The notes under the pieces: model-generated
Databases searched by the model: none
What the model was told of the DNA's origin: nothing
Seen by the model: the letters and a program-made list of their open reading frames with translations, nothing else
In this document: positions 17,285 through 25,626 of the stretch, in pieces
Layout: each line of letters begins with the position of its first letter
Position numbering within the stretch: the first letter of the stretch is position 1
Assembly (NCBI GenBank): GCA_039589155.1
Contig: JBDHHX010000003.1
Location: 1-32,603, forward strand
DNA from: Gemmatimonadota bacterium
GTDB lineage: Bacteria; Gemmatimonadota; Gemmatimonadetes; Palauibacterales; KS3-K002
Reading direction: 5' to 3'
Length of the DNA stretch: 32,603 bases
Made by a program: the position numbers and the translations under genes

Positions 17285-17968
17285 ATGGCGCGTTGGGGAA
17301 TGGTGATCGACCTGGATCGTTGTACGGGCTGCGCGGCATGCGAGGTAGCGTGTAAGAGCGAGAACAACATCCCCACTGTCTCTCCCGATCAGGCGAACAT
17401 GGGGCGTGCGATGAACTGGATGAAGGTCACGGCGGAACTGGAGGGAGAGTTCCCGGATACGACGATGCACTTCTACCCTCGCCCCTGCATGCACTGCGAC
17501 AACCCGCCGTGCATCAGAGTCTGCCCGGTACAGGCGACCTATATCGATGATGAAGGCATCGTAGGCCAGATCTATCCGCGTTGCATCGGCTGCCGCTACT
17601 GCGCCAACGCCTGCCCATATATGGTGAAGTATTTCAACTGGTACGGACCCGAGTGGGCCGAGAGCGAGCGGCAGCACCTGAACCCGGACGTATCAGTACG
17701 ACCCAAGGGTGTCATCGAGAAATGCACGCTCTGTCATCATCGACTTCAGAAAGCTCGCGAAGATGTCCGCGCCGAGGAACGGGAGCTGCGTGAGCAGGAC
17801 TATCAACCCGCCTGTGCCGAGATTTGTCCCACTGGTGCCATCGTCTTCGGCGACCTGGACAACCCCAGTCATAGGGTGGCCAGCCTGAAGGAAGATCCCC
17901 GAGCGATGCGTTTGATGGAGGATTTGGGAACGCAACCAAAAGTCTACTATCTGCGGCCGAGAGAATGA
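17285..17968 (+). CDS. 4Fe-4S ferredoxin subunit (QrcC/ActB2/PsrB-like)
   Basis: MARWGMVIDLDRCTGCAACEVAC, CMHCDNPPCIRVCP, CIGCRYCANACP and KCTLC...PACAEICP give 16 Cys for four clusters. Start moved to ATG 17285. Confidence 0.93.
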   Translation: MARWGMVIDLDRCTGCAACEVACKSENNIPTVSPDQANMGRAMNWMKVTAELEGEFPDTTMHFYPRPCMHCDNPPCIRVCPVQATYIDDEGIVGQIYPRCIGCRYCANACPYMVKYFNWYGPEWAESERQHLNPDVSVRPKGVIEKCTLCHHRLQKAREDVRAEERELREQDYQPACAEICPTGAIVFGDLDNPSHRVASLKEDPRAMRLMEDLGTQPKVYYLRPRE

Positions 17969-17969
17969 T

Positions 17970-19340
17970 ATGCGCCAGGACGTGAAAGAAAAAATGGCCC
18001 GTATGTCGGCCGACGAGCAAGTTCTTCTGAGGCCGCTGGTTGAAACATCCCGCGGTTTCTACATCGTGGCAGCGATCCTTACGGCGATCACGCTGTTGGG
18101 GGTCATTAGTTACTACCTGCAAGTCAGCTTCGGGCTCGGTCGGACGGGCCTGAATCGCCCCGGGTACTGGGGTATCTACATCATCTGTTTTGTCTTCTTC
18201 ATCGGGATCAGTCACGCCGGCACCCTGATTTCCGCCATTCTCCGCGTTAGCAAGGCGGAGTGGAGACGTTCGATCACTCGTTCGGCGGAATTGATCACGG
18301 TTCTGGTCATCGGCTTCGGCGCCATCCAGCCGATAATCGACCTCGGCCGACCTGACCGGGTGCTGAACGTCATGCTACACGCCCAAATGCTGTCGCCGTT
18401 ACTCTGGGACGTCACAAGCATCGGTCTCTACTTTATATCGTGTACCATCTACCTCTATGTCCCGCTGTTGCCTGACCTGGCGATCATCCGTGACTCGGGT
18501 ATCAAAGCGCCGCGTTTTTACCGGTTTCTGGCAGCCGGCTACCGCGATACGCCGGCGCAGCGAGCGCGACTCGAACGGGTTATCGGTGTCCTGTCGATCG
18601 TTGTGATTCCGATAGCGGTTTCGGTCCACACCGTGATCGGGTGGATCTTCGCAATGACGCTCCGCCCCATGTGGCACAGCACCATTTTTGGACCCTACTT
18701 CGTCATGGGTGCAATCTACTCCGGCATTGCGGCTATTCTGGTCGCCATGGTCGTGTTGCGTCGAGCATTCGGCTTGCAACAGTACTTCAAGCTCATTCAC
18801 TTCGACTACCTGGGCCGCCTGCTCCTTCTGTTTAGCCTGCTCTGGTTCTACTTCACCTTCGCCGAATACCTGACCGCGTTCTATGGTGGGGAGCCCGGAG
18901 AGATGCGTGCCTTTTGGGCGAAGCTGACCGGGCCATTCGCAATCCCCTTCTGGACCATGGTAATGGGCTGCTTCGTCGTACCGCTCGCACTCATGTCGCG
19001 GCAGTCGATGCGAACGCCTCGGGGCACCCTGATCGCTGGTATCGCAGTGATGATTGGCATGTGGCTCGAGCGGTTCAACATCGTGGTTCCGACATCGGTC
19101 AATCCGCGGTGGGAGATCGAGGCGATCGGTCGTTACGTGCCGTCCTGGATCGAACTGTCGATCATGGCGGCCACGTTTTCAGGTTTCATTCTGCTGTACA
19201 TGGTAGCCACAAAGTTTGTCCCGATTGTCTCAATCTGGGAGATCAAGGAAGGACGAGAGCACTCTGTGCGGGAAGTTGCCGATCGCGTGGCTGAGTACCT
19301 ACCCGCGGGCGAATTGGCAGCCGCCGCGGAGGACAAATGA
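17970..19340 (+). CDS. NrfD/PsrC family quinol-interacting membrane subunit (ActC/QrcD-like)
   Basis: About 10 TM segments; FVFFIGISHAGTLISAILR, TRSAE, DLGRP, SPLLWD, SVHT, WHSTIFGPYFVMGAIYSG and MWLERF. Confidence 0.92.
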   Translation: MRQDVKEKMARMSADEQVLLRPLVETSRGFYIVAAILTAITLLGVISYYLQVSFGLGRTGLNRPGYWGIYIICFVFFIGISHAGTLISAILRVSKAEWRRSITRSAELITVLVIGFGAIQPIIDLGRPDRVLNVMLHAQMLSPLLWDVTSIGLYFISCTIYLYVPLLPDLAIIRDSGIKAPRFYRFLAAGYRDTPAQRARLERVIGVLSIVVIPIAVSVHTVIGWIFAMTLRPMWHSTIFGPYFVMGAIYSGIAAILVAMVVLRRAFGLQQYFKLIHFDYLGRLLLLFSLLWFYFTFAEYLTAFYGGEPGEMRAFWAKLTGPFAIPFWTMVMGCFVVPLALMSRQSMRTPRGTLIAGIAVMIGMWLERFNIVVPTSVNPRWEIEAIGRYVPSWIELSIMAATFSGFILLYMVATKFVPIVSIWEIKEGREHSVREVADRVAEYLPAGELAAAAEDK

Positions 19341-20548
19341 TGAGCTTCCGAAGTGTCGGGCGGATTCTGTTGATGTCATCTTTCGGCGTGCTGTGTTCTG
19401 TTATACCGGGAGGGGTCGGCGCTGCCCACGCGCAATCCGAGTTATCGTTCCTCGGGGATCCCATCTCCGGGCGCCGGATCTTCGTCGAGCGAGACTGTGA
19501 TCGTTGTCACGCCATCTGGGGAAACGGCGGTACGCTCGGCCCTGATTTCGCGTTGGTCGGGGCGGGACGCAGCTTGCAGCAGCTGGCGGGCATGTTCTGG
19601 AACCACACTCCCCGGATGATCCAAACCGTGCAGGTCAGGGGATTCCAATGGCCGACGTTCACCGAGGAAGAGCTCGCAGACATCATAAGCTACATTTATT
19701 ACGTGAAGCTGTTCGACGAGCCTGGCGATCCGCTTCAGGGCGAGCGATGGTTCCGCGAGAAGCGCTGCATCGAATGTCATTCGATCGCCGGTGAAGGTGG
19801 CCGAGGCGGCCTGCCGCTTGACGACTACGCTCGCTATATCGCCCCCATCATGCTGGCGGAGGGGATGTGGAATCACGGCTCCGCAATGCAGGCGCTACAG
19901 ACCTCGCAACGTGTGCCGATCCCCACGTTCAGCGGGCGAGAGTTGGCAGATATCCAGGCCTTCATCCGACACAGGTCGAGTCTCGAGGACCGTGATGTCG
20001 TCCTTCTCCAGCCCCCCGACCCCAATACCGGTCGAGATTTATTCCTGACCAAAGGGTGTTCGAGCTGCCACGGCCTCAGCGGAGATGGAACGCGGTTCGG
20101 ACCGGATCTCAGAAGTGCGACTCAACGGCTCCGAGTATCGGAGATTGCAGGCCAGCTCTGGAACCACTCATCGCAGATGACGGCAGCCATGAGGGCCCGG
20201 GGTATCTCAATCCCCCGGTTTCAGGGCAGCGAGATGGCGGACGTCATCGCGTTTCTCTACTACTTGCGGTTCTACGATACTGGAGGTGACGCGGAGGCGG
20301 GTGAAGCAGTCTTTGCAGAGAAAGGCTGCGCCCGCTGTCACGCTGTTGATGGTGGAAGCTCGATCGGGCCTGATCTTGCTACATCAGACGCGATACTAGC
20401 ACCCCTACGACTCGCCACGGCGATGTGGAATCACGCGCCTGCCATGTACAGGGTCATCCAACTCGAGCAGGTGGATTGGCCCAGATTTGAAGGGACAGAA
20501 ATGAGAGACCTTACGGTCTATTTGAGGAACCTGGCCGCCAGCAGGTGA
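19337..20548 (+). CDS. Periplasmic cytochrome with four class I cytochrome c repeats
   Basis: Signal peptide (AAHA-Q); CDRCH, CIECH, CSSCH and CARCH, each followed by a GPD(L/F)-like segment and WNH-x3-M. It overlaps the NrfD stop. Confidence 0.9.
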   Translation: MMSFRSVGRILLMSSFGVLCSVIPGGVGAAHAQSELSFLGDPISGRRIFVERDCDRCHAIWGNGGTLGPDFALVGAGRSLQQLAGMFWNHTPRMIQTVQVRGFQWPTFTEEELADIISYIYYVKLFDEPGDPLQGERWFREKRCIECHSIAGEGGRGGLPLDDYARYIAPIMLAEGMWNHGSAMQALQTSQRVPIPTFSGRELADIQAFIRHRSSLEDRDVVLLQPPDPNTGRDLFLTKGCSSCHGLSGDGTRFGPDLRSATQRLRVSEIAGQLWNHSSQMTAAMRARGISIPRFQGSEMADVIAFLYYLRFYDTGGDAEAGEAVFAEKGCARCHAVDGGSSIGPDLATSDAILAPLRLATAMWNHAPAMYRVIQLEQVDWPRFEGTEMRDLTVYLRNLAASR

Positions 20549-20654
20549 CGCGGCGCGAGGACAGCTCTGGCCCGGAAGCAGGCCACAGCCAGCAGAGCAG
20601 CGCCTCTTACGTGGTGCAGAGTGTAGAGAAACACCGCGGGACTGGAGGACTACC

Positions 20655-21872
20655 ATGACTGGCAAACATCCACCCATCAAACCGACCGGAAGAGTCGCCG
20701 TAGCAACGACCCCAGCCCTTGCTCTGTTTCTTCTGTGCGTTGCACAGCCGGCCTATCCACAAGAACGCGCTGGCCTCACGCAGAACGCCATCGCCGGCTC
20801 CCGGGTCTTCGGGTCGAAGGGTTGCGTTAAGTGTCACGCGGTGAATGGGCTGGGTGGAACGCTTGGACCCGACCTGGGACTCATTGCCCAACGCCGATCA
20901 TTCTACGATCTGGCCGCCAGTCTGTGGAATCACCTGCCACGCATGGGAATGAAGATGGAGGAACTCGGCATCGAGCGCCCGCAATTGAACGAGAGAGATA
21001 CGGGTGACCTGATAGCGTTTCTGTTCACGCTGGACTACTTCGACCCGGCGGGCGACGCGGAAGCCGGAGAGCATCTGTTCGTGGAGAAATCGTGCGTGGT
21101 GTGTCACCAGGTGGGCTTGCACGGCGGCGTGGCCGGACCAAGCCTTGACCACCTCGGGCATTTCGGCTCACCGATCCTGGTCGCAGCCGCGATGTGGAAT
21201 CACGGTCCCGGCATGCAGACCATGATGGAGGCCAAGGGAGTGGACCGCCCTACCTTCTCCGACTCTGAGCTCACAGACTTGATCGCCTACCTCGAATCGA
21301 TCTCGCCGCCGACCCTCGCCGGGCCGTTATACGTTTTGCCCGGAGATGCCGAACAAGGTCGAATTGTATTCACGAATAGCAGCTGCGCAGAGTGCCACAG
21401 CGTTCGCGGCGCCGGAGGTCGCGTGGGACCGGATCTGGCTCGTCGTGGAGTCCACTGGGACCTGACTCAATTCGCGGCGGCTATGTGGAACAAAGCGCCC
21501 CGCATGACCGCCGACATGCGGGCGCGCGGGATACAAGTGCCTCAGATTGGCGCTGGTGAGATGGCCGATCTTGTAGCCTATCTCTATTCCGTTCAGTACT
21601 TCGCCGACTCTGGCGACCCTCAGGCAGGAAGGTCGCTCCTGCGCAGTAAAGGGTGCCTGACTTGCCACTCGCTCAACGGCCAGGGGGGGAGGGTCGCCGG
21701 CAACCTTGCCGAGAGATCGGGTACGGGATCGCCAGCTTGGGTCATCTCCACAGTCTGGAATCACTCGACGCACATGGAGTCAGGAGACAGCCTTGCTGTT
21801 CTTTGGCCCAGCATTAGCGCTGAAGAGATGGCCGACATCGCCGCGTTCTTACAGACACAGAGTCAGAACTGA
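20655..21872 (+). CDS. Second four-repeat cytochrome c (paralogue of the preceding gene)
   Basis: RBS GGAGG; signal peptide; CVKCH, CVVCH, CAECH and CLTCH with WNHLPRM, WNHGPGM, WNKAPRM and WNHSTHM. Confidence 0.9.
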   Translation: MTGKHPPIKPTGRVAVATTPALALFLLCVAQPAYPQERAGLTQNAIAGSRVFGSKGCVKCHAVNGLGGTLGPDLGLIAQRRSFYDLAASLWNHLPRMGMKMEELGIERPQLNERDTGDLIAFLFTLDYFDPAGDAEAGEHLFVEKSCVVCHQVGLHGGVAGPSLDHLGHFGSPILVAAAMWNHGPGMQTMMEAKGVDRPTFSDSELTDLIAYLESISPPTLAGPLYVLPGDAEQGRIVFTNSSCAECHSVRGAGGRVGPDLARRGVHWDLTQFAAAMWNKAPRMTADMRARGIQVPQIGAGEMADLVAYLYSVQYFADSGDPQAGRSLLRSKGCLTCHSLNGQGGRVAGNLAERSGTGSPAWVISTVWNHSTHMESGDSLAVLWPSISAEEMADIAAFLQTQSQN

Positions 21873-21901
21873 GCAAGAGAACCGCCAAAGAATGGATTAA
21901 C

Positions 21902-22132
21902 ATGGACCCGGAAGCCTTAGAGGGATTGTTAGTACTGGCCAAGACTGGCGTGATAATCGGCGGAGGATGTGCCTTCACACTGGGAAGCATCTGGGGAGCG
22001 TGCGCCGCCGCAATAGGTTACTTCCAGCGAAAGGATCGCAGAGACGAATTGCTGCCGCTGTACAAAGAAGGAAAGATCACCACAAAGCCGACAGTCCTGA
22101 ACGCATATAAGATCCCCGGATACGAGTTGTAG
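21902..22132 (+). CDS. Small hypothetical membrane protein (76 aa)
   Basis: One Gly/Ala-rich hydrophobic segment followed by a basic stretch (QRKDRR). It lies 29 nt after the cytochrome gene and before a terminator; the RBS is weak. Confidence 0.55.
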   Translation: MDPEALEGLLVLAKTGVIIGGGCAFTLGSIWGACAAAIGYFQRKDRRDELLPLYKEGKITTKPTVLNAYKIPGYEL

Positions 22133-22187
22133 TGGGCGGTTACTGCGCAAAACAGCTTTCGTGTGGCCGCGCGGCGACGATTCGGCC

Positions 22188-22213
22188 TTCAGCGGATGAA
22201 CGCTGAATCTTTT
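22188..22213 (+). terminator. Probable intrinsic terminator of the respiratory operon
   Basis: TTCAGCG-GATGAA-CGCTGAA stem-loop followed by TCTTTT. Confidence 0.6.
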
Positions 22214-22319
22214 ACGGAACGCATCCTCGCCAAAGGAAGCGACGGCTCACCTAAAGAGCGGGGCTGAAGTACCGCTCCAGATACCCCTTCCAGTCACGCA
22301 TGGCTCACTCCAGACGACA

Positions 22320-25097
22320 TCACTCCGAGCGGAGCGCCTCCATCGGGTCGGCACTCGCCGCGCGGCGCGCCGGCAGATAGCTCGCCGTTACGGCGACACC
22401 GGTCAGACCGACGGCTACGAGGAGGAAGGTGAGCGGGTCCACCGGACTCACACCGAACAGCAGTCCAGCCATCAGGCGCGTGAGTCCGAACGCCAGGCCC
22501 AGACCGATCACCACTCCGATGCCGGAAAGCGCCAGGCTCTGACGCAGCACCATTCCTTTCACCTGGCCGGCCTGCGCGCCCAGCGCCATCCGCAGCCCCA
22601 ACTCGTGGCCGCGCTGGCTGACGGCGTAGGAGATCACCCCGTAGACGCCGACAATTCCCAACAGCAGGGCCACCGCCGCCGCGACTCCGAGCAGGGACAT
22701 AGTATACGAAGTGCGAGCGATAGAATTCGCCATCAGCTCGTCGAGAGGCCGCAGACCGCGCACTGGTAGGTTGGGGTTCACTTCCCAAATGGCGGCCCGG
22801 ACTTCATCCAGGTAGCCGGCGGTACCGATCCGGTCGCCGCGGACGGCGTAACTCATCCCGCGCCACGTCTGCACCTGGTCCGGCGCGTTCCCCTGCCAGA
22901 ATCCCAGAGTGGCCTGTGGCCAATAGACCAACAGAGGCGGTTCTTGGGCCAGGCCATCGTCTCTCACGTCCGCCACCACGCCGACGATCTCTTTCCATTC
23001 GGGCGGGTCAGGTCGCGCGGCCACTCGCTGGCCCAACGCCGCCTGCGGGGAGCCCCACAACTCACGAGCGAGGCGTTCGGAGACCATGGCGACCGGCGCG
23101 CGCTCGTGGACATCCTGCCAGGTAAAGGACCGGCCGAGCAGCAACGGGATATGTAGTGCCTCCAGAAAACCCTCGCCGATCCACTTGTGGCGGCGCAATG
23201 GCGGTGGCTGATCGGCCGAGTAGTCCCAGCCTTCGACGTAGAAAGGATTGAAGTTGATGGCTCCGTCCATCGGAACGGCGCTGCCGAGTCCGACCGACGT
23301 CACACCAGGGATCTCCGCCAGCCGTCGCGCGATGCGTTCATGGGTTGTCGCCACGTCCGCCGCGTTGTCCGCTTCGCTACCCGGTACGAAGAGGCGAAGA
23401 GCCAAAACGTTCTCCGCGTTGTGGAATCCGGGTTCGACGTTACGGAGCGACATGAAGCTTCGAACCATGAGCCCCGATGCCACCAGAAGCACCAGGGCCA
23501 TAGCGACCTGGCTGACCGCCAGCCCGTTCTGAAGCCGCTGCTGCGGTTTCCCGGCCGTTCCCGTACGACCGCCCTGCTTGAGAGCGTCTACCGGCGCCGA
23601 GCGACCGCGTCTCAAGACCGGGAACATGCCGAAGAACGCACCGGCGCCCAGCGAAACGAACAGCGTGAACAGCAGAGCGCCCTGGTTCAGGGTTACTTCG
23701 TCCAACCGCGGAAGATCGGCAGGCCCCATGGTCACCAACGCATCCAGCCCGTACCCGGCGAGCGCCAGGCCGGCGGCGCCGCCCAGCACCCCCAGCGTCA
23801 GGCTCTCCTTCAAGTACTCCCAGCCGATCCGGCCGCGGTTCGCCCCCAGGGCCGATCTGACCGCCATCTCGTTCTGCTTCCCATCCGCCCGTACCAGGAA
23901 CAGGTTCGCAACGTTGGCGCAGGCGATGAGCAGAACGACGCCCACACCGGCCAGGATGATCCAGAGCAGGCTCGCCACCGAGCCCACGATGCTGTTCTTT
24001 AGCGGTTGGATGGTGGGAGCGTACTGGGCCCGCTCCGAGTGGTCGGCCACCGGGCCGCCGGGAAACATCTCGAAGGCGAGCGGGAGCAAGCGGGCACCGT
24101 CGGCGTTGGCCTCTTCCACCGTAACGCCGTCCTTCAACCGCGCGACCGCTCCGAACCCGATGTTGCCGACGAACAGGCGTGACTTGTCAAAACGGAAGGG
24201 ATAGATGATCGCTGGATCGGACCCGAGGCTCTGAATCGCCGCCGGCAGCACGCCGACGATCTCGAAGCTCGCGCCATCCGCCTCGAGGGTCTGACCCACC
24301 ACGTTGGGGTCGCCGCCGTAACGCGTCTGCCAGTACCCATAACCCAGCATCACCACGTTCGGCGCTTCGAGTTCCTCATCCTCAGGCGTGAAGATCCGGC
24401 CCAGGGCAGGCGGCACGCGCAACGCTCGCAGTACGCCGCTCGTCACCCCCATGTCCGGCACCGACTCCGGTGCGCCCGCGCCGAGGATAGTCGCGGTACC
24501 ACTCCCGTACATCCCGATGTCCTCAAAGACGCGGTTCTCCGCCTCGTAGGTGAAGTGCCACGCCGCGCACTGACCGGCGTCCTGGATCCCCAGGCCCGGC
24601 GCAGTGTGGCTGACCGACACCAACCGGTCACCGTCATTAAACGGCAGCGGCGAGATGATGATCGCGTCCACAAGAGTAAAGATCGCGGTGGTGGCCCCGA
24701 TGCCCAGCGCCAGAACGAAGATCACAACGCCGGCGAAGAGCGGACGCCGCGCCAGAGAACGGACAGCAAAGCGAAGATCGCGCACGCGGTCGGCCAGCGA
24801 GCCCCAGACGCCGCCGCGGTTTCGCATCTTCTGCTCTCGACTTTCGGCCCAGCGATTCAACTGCGCCCGCACATGCACCGGCTCACTGCCGACCAGCTCG
24901 TCGGCCGCAATCTCCTCATCGCCCAGAAATCCCTCGACCACAGCCATGGCCTCTTCCTCGCTCGCGCCTCGCGCCACGGCCTCCCGGTATAGTTCCTCGA
25001 GATGGTCCGCCAACTCGGCGATCATCCTCTGCTCCCGGCGTCCCTTCATCTCCGGGAGGTTCAACCGCTCGCTGACGTAGTGCTTCCAATCACGCAT
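22320..25097 (-). CDS. ADOP-family duplicated MacB/FtsX-like ABC permease with N-terminal prefix domain
   Basis: ELADHLEE prefix, DLRFAVRSL, LALGIGATTAIFTLV, VLLIACANVANL, EMAVRSALGA, GVYGVISYAVSQR and PARRAASADPMEALRSE; coupled to PadR. Confidence 0.93.
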   Translation of the reverse strand: MRDWKHYVSERLNLPEMKGRREQRMIAELADHLEELYREAVARGASEEEAMAVVEGFLGDEEIAADELVGSEPVHVRAQLNRWAESREQKMRNRGGVWGSLADRVRDLRFAVRSLARRPLFAGVVIFVLALGIGATTAIFTLVDAIIISPLPFNDGDRLVSVSHTAPGLGIQDAGQCAAWHFTYEAENRVFEDIGMYGSGTATILGAGAPESVPDMGVTSGVLRALRVPPALGRIFTPEDEELEAPNVVMLGYGYWQTRYGGDPNVVGQTLEADGASFEIVGVLPAAIQSLGSDPAIIYPFRFDKSRLFVGNIGFGAVARLKDGVTVEEANADGARLLPLAFEMFPGGPVADHSERAQYAPTIQPLKNSIVGSVASLLWIILAGVGVVLLIACANVANLFLVRADGKQNEMAVRSALGANRGRIGWEYLKESLTLGVLGGAAGLALAGYGLDALVTMGPADLPRLDEVTLNQGALLFTLFVSLGAGAFFGMFPVLRRGRSAPVDALKQGGRTGTAGKPQQRLQNGLAVSQVAMALVLLVASGLMVRSFMSLRNVEPGFHNAENVLALRLFVPGSEADNAADVATTHERIARRLAEIPGVTSVGLGSAVPMDGAINFNPFYVEGWDYSADQPPPLRRHKWIGEGFLEALHIPLLLGRSFTWQDVHERAPVAMVSERLARELWGSPQAALGQRVAARPDPPEWKEIVGVVADVRDDGLAQEPPLLVYWPQATLGFWQGNAPDQVQTWRGMSYAVRGDRIGTAGYLDEVRAAIWEVNPNLPVRGLRPLDELMANSIARTSYTMSLLGVAAAVALLLGIVGVYGVISYAVSQRGHELGLRMALGAQAGQVKGMVLRQSLALSGIGVVIGLGLAFGLTRLMAGLLFGVSPVDPLTFLLVAVGLTGVAVTASYLPARRAASADPMEALRSE

Positions 25098-25422
25098 GAC
25101 CCAATCCGATCACCTGGTTCACCATAGCCGAGAACGCTCTCCATTCTTGCCGCTGCCGCGTCAGCACCTTCCGCCCTTTCGACGTCAGCGTGTAGTGACA
25201 ACGCCGACGCTCGCCCTTCTTCTCTACCCAGCGGCCCTTGATCCACCCGCGCTCCTCCATCCGGTAGAGCACCGAGTAGAGTGTCGAGACGCGGAACTCG
25301 AGCTGACCGCCGGAGCGGTGCTCCAACAGCTTCCCGATCTCGTACCCGTGGCGAGTGCATCCCTCCAGTGAGGAGAGGATCAGGAGCTCCATGCTCCCAC
25401 GTTTCAGATCGGCGCTGAACAT
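25090..25422 (-). CDS. PadR-family transcriptional regulator (type associated with ADOP permeases)
   Basis: LKRGSMELLIL, HGYEI, TLYSVLYRMEERGWI and YTLTSKGRK. ATG 25422 follows GGAGG; the ORF track start is 25533. Confidence 0.92.
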   Translation of the reverse strand: MFSADLKRGSMELLILSSLEGCTRHGYEIGKLLEHRSGGQLEFRVSTLYSVLYRMEERGWIKGRWVEKKGERRRCHYTLTSKGRKVLTRQRQEWRAFSAMVNQVIGLGHA

Positions 25423-25479
25423 GCAGGCCTCCGGCTTGGGTTTGGACGCGTCGCAAGGTCGGGGCGGCCCGCGGCGCAA

Positions 25480-25514
25480 ACTTACGTCAGGCGATACTTC
25501 GTCTCGCGTAGTAT
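25480..25514. promoter_or_regulatory. Candidate PadR operator (two overlapping palindromes)
   Basis: ATACTTCG-TCTCG-CGTAGTAT (25494-25514) and an overlapping weaker copy ACTTACG-TCAGG-CGATACT (25480-25498), beside a minus-strand TTGCCT hexamer. Confidence 0.6.
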
Positions 25515-25626
25515 AGGCAAGTACGGTGCCCAAACGGACCGCGTTTCAACAAGCGAAACACGCGGTTCCCTTCAGGCGGTGACCGATTTCGGGATTAGAC
25601 TGTCCGGATCTGAACAGCGGACCGGG

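Noticed and set aside
17723-17737. CTLCH (CxxCH) in the ferredoxin subunit as a heme site
   Set aside because: These Cys are the conserved KCxxC ligands of an Fe-S cluster in PsrB/NrfC-type proteins, so the motif was not counted as heme.
14911-21872. Selenocysteine read-through at TGA stops in the redox operon
   Set aside because: The proteins appear complete at their TGA codons and are followed by separate starts; no catalytic Cys position aligns with a TGA.
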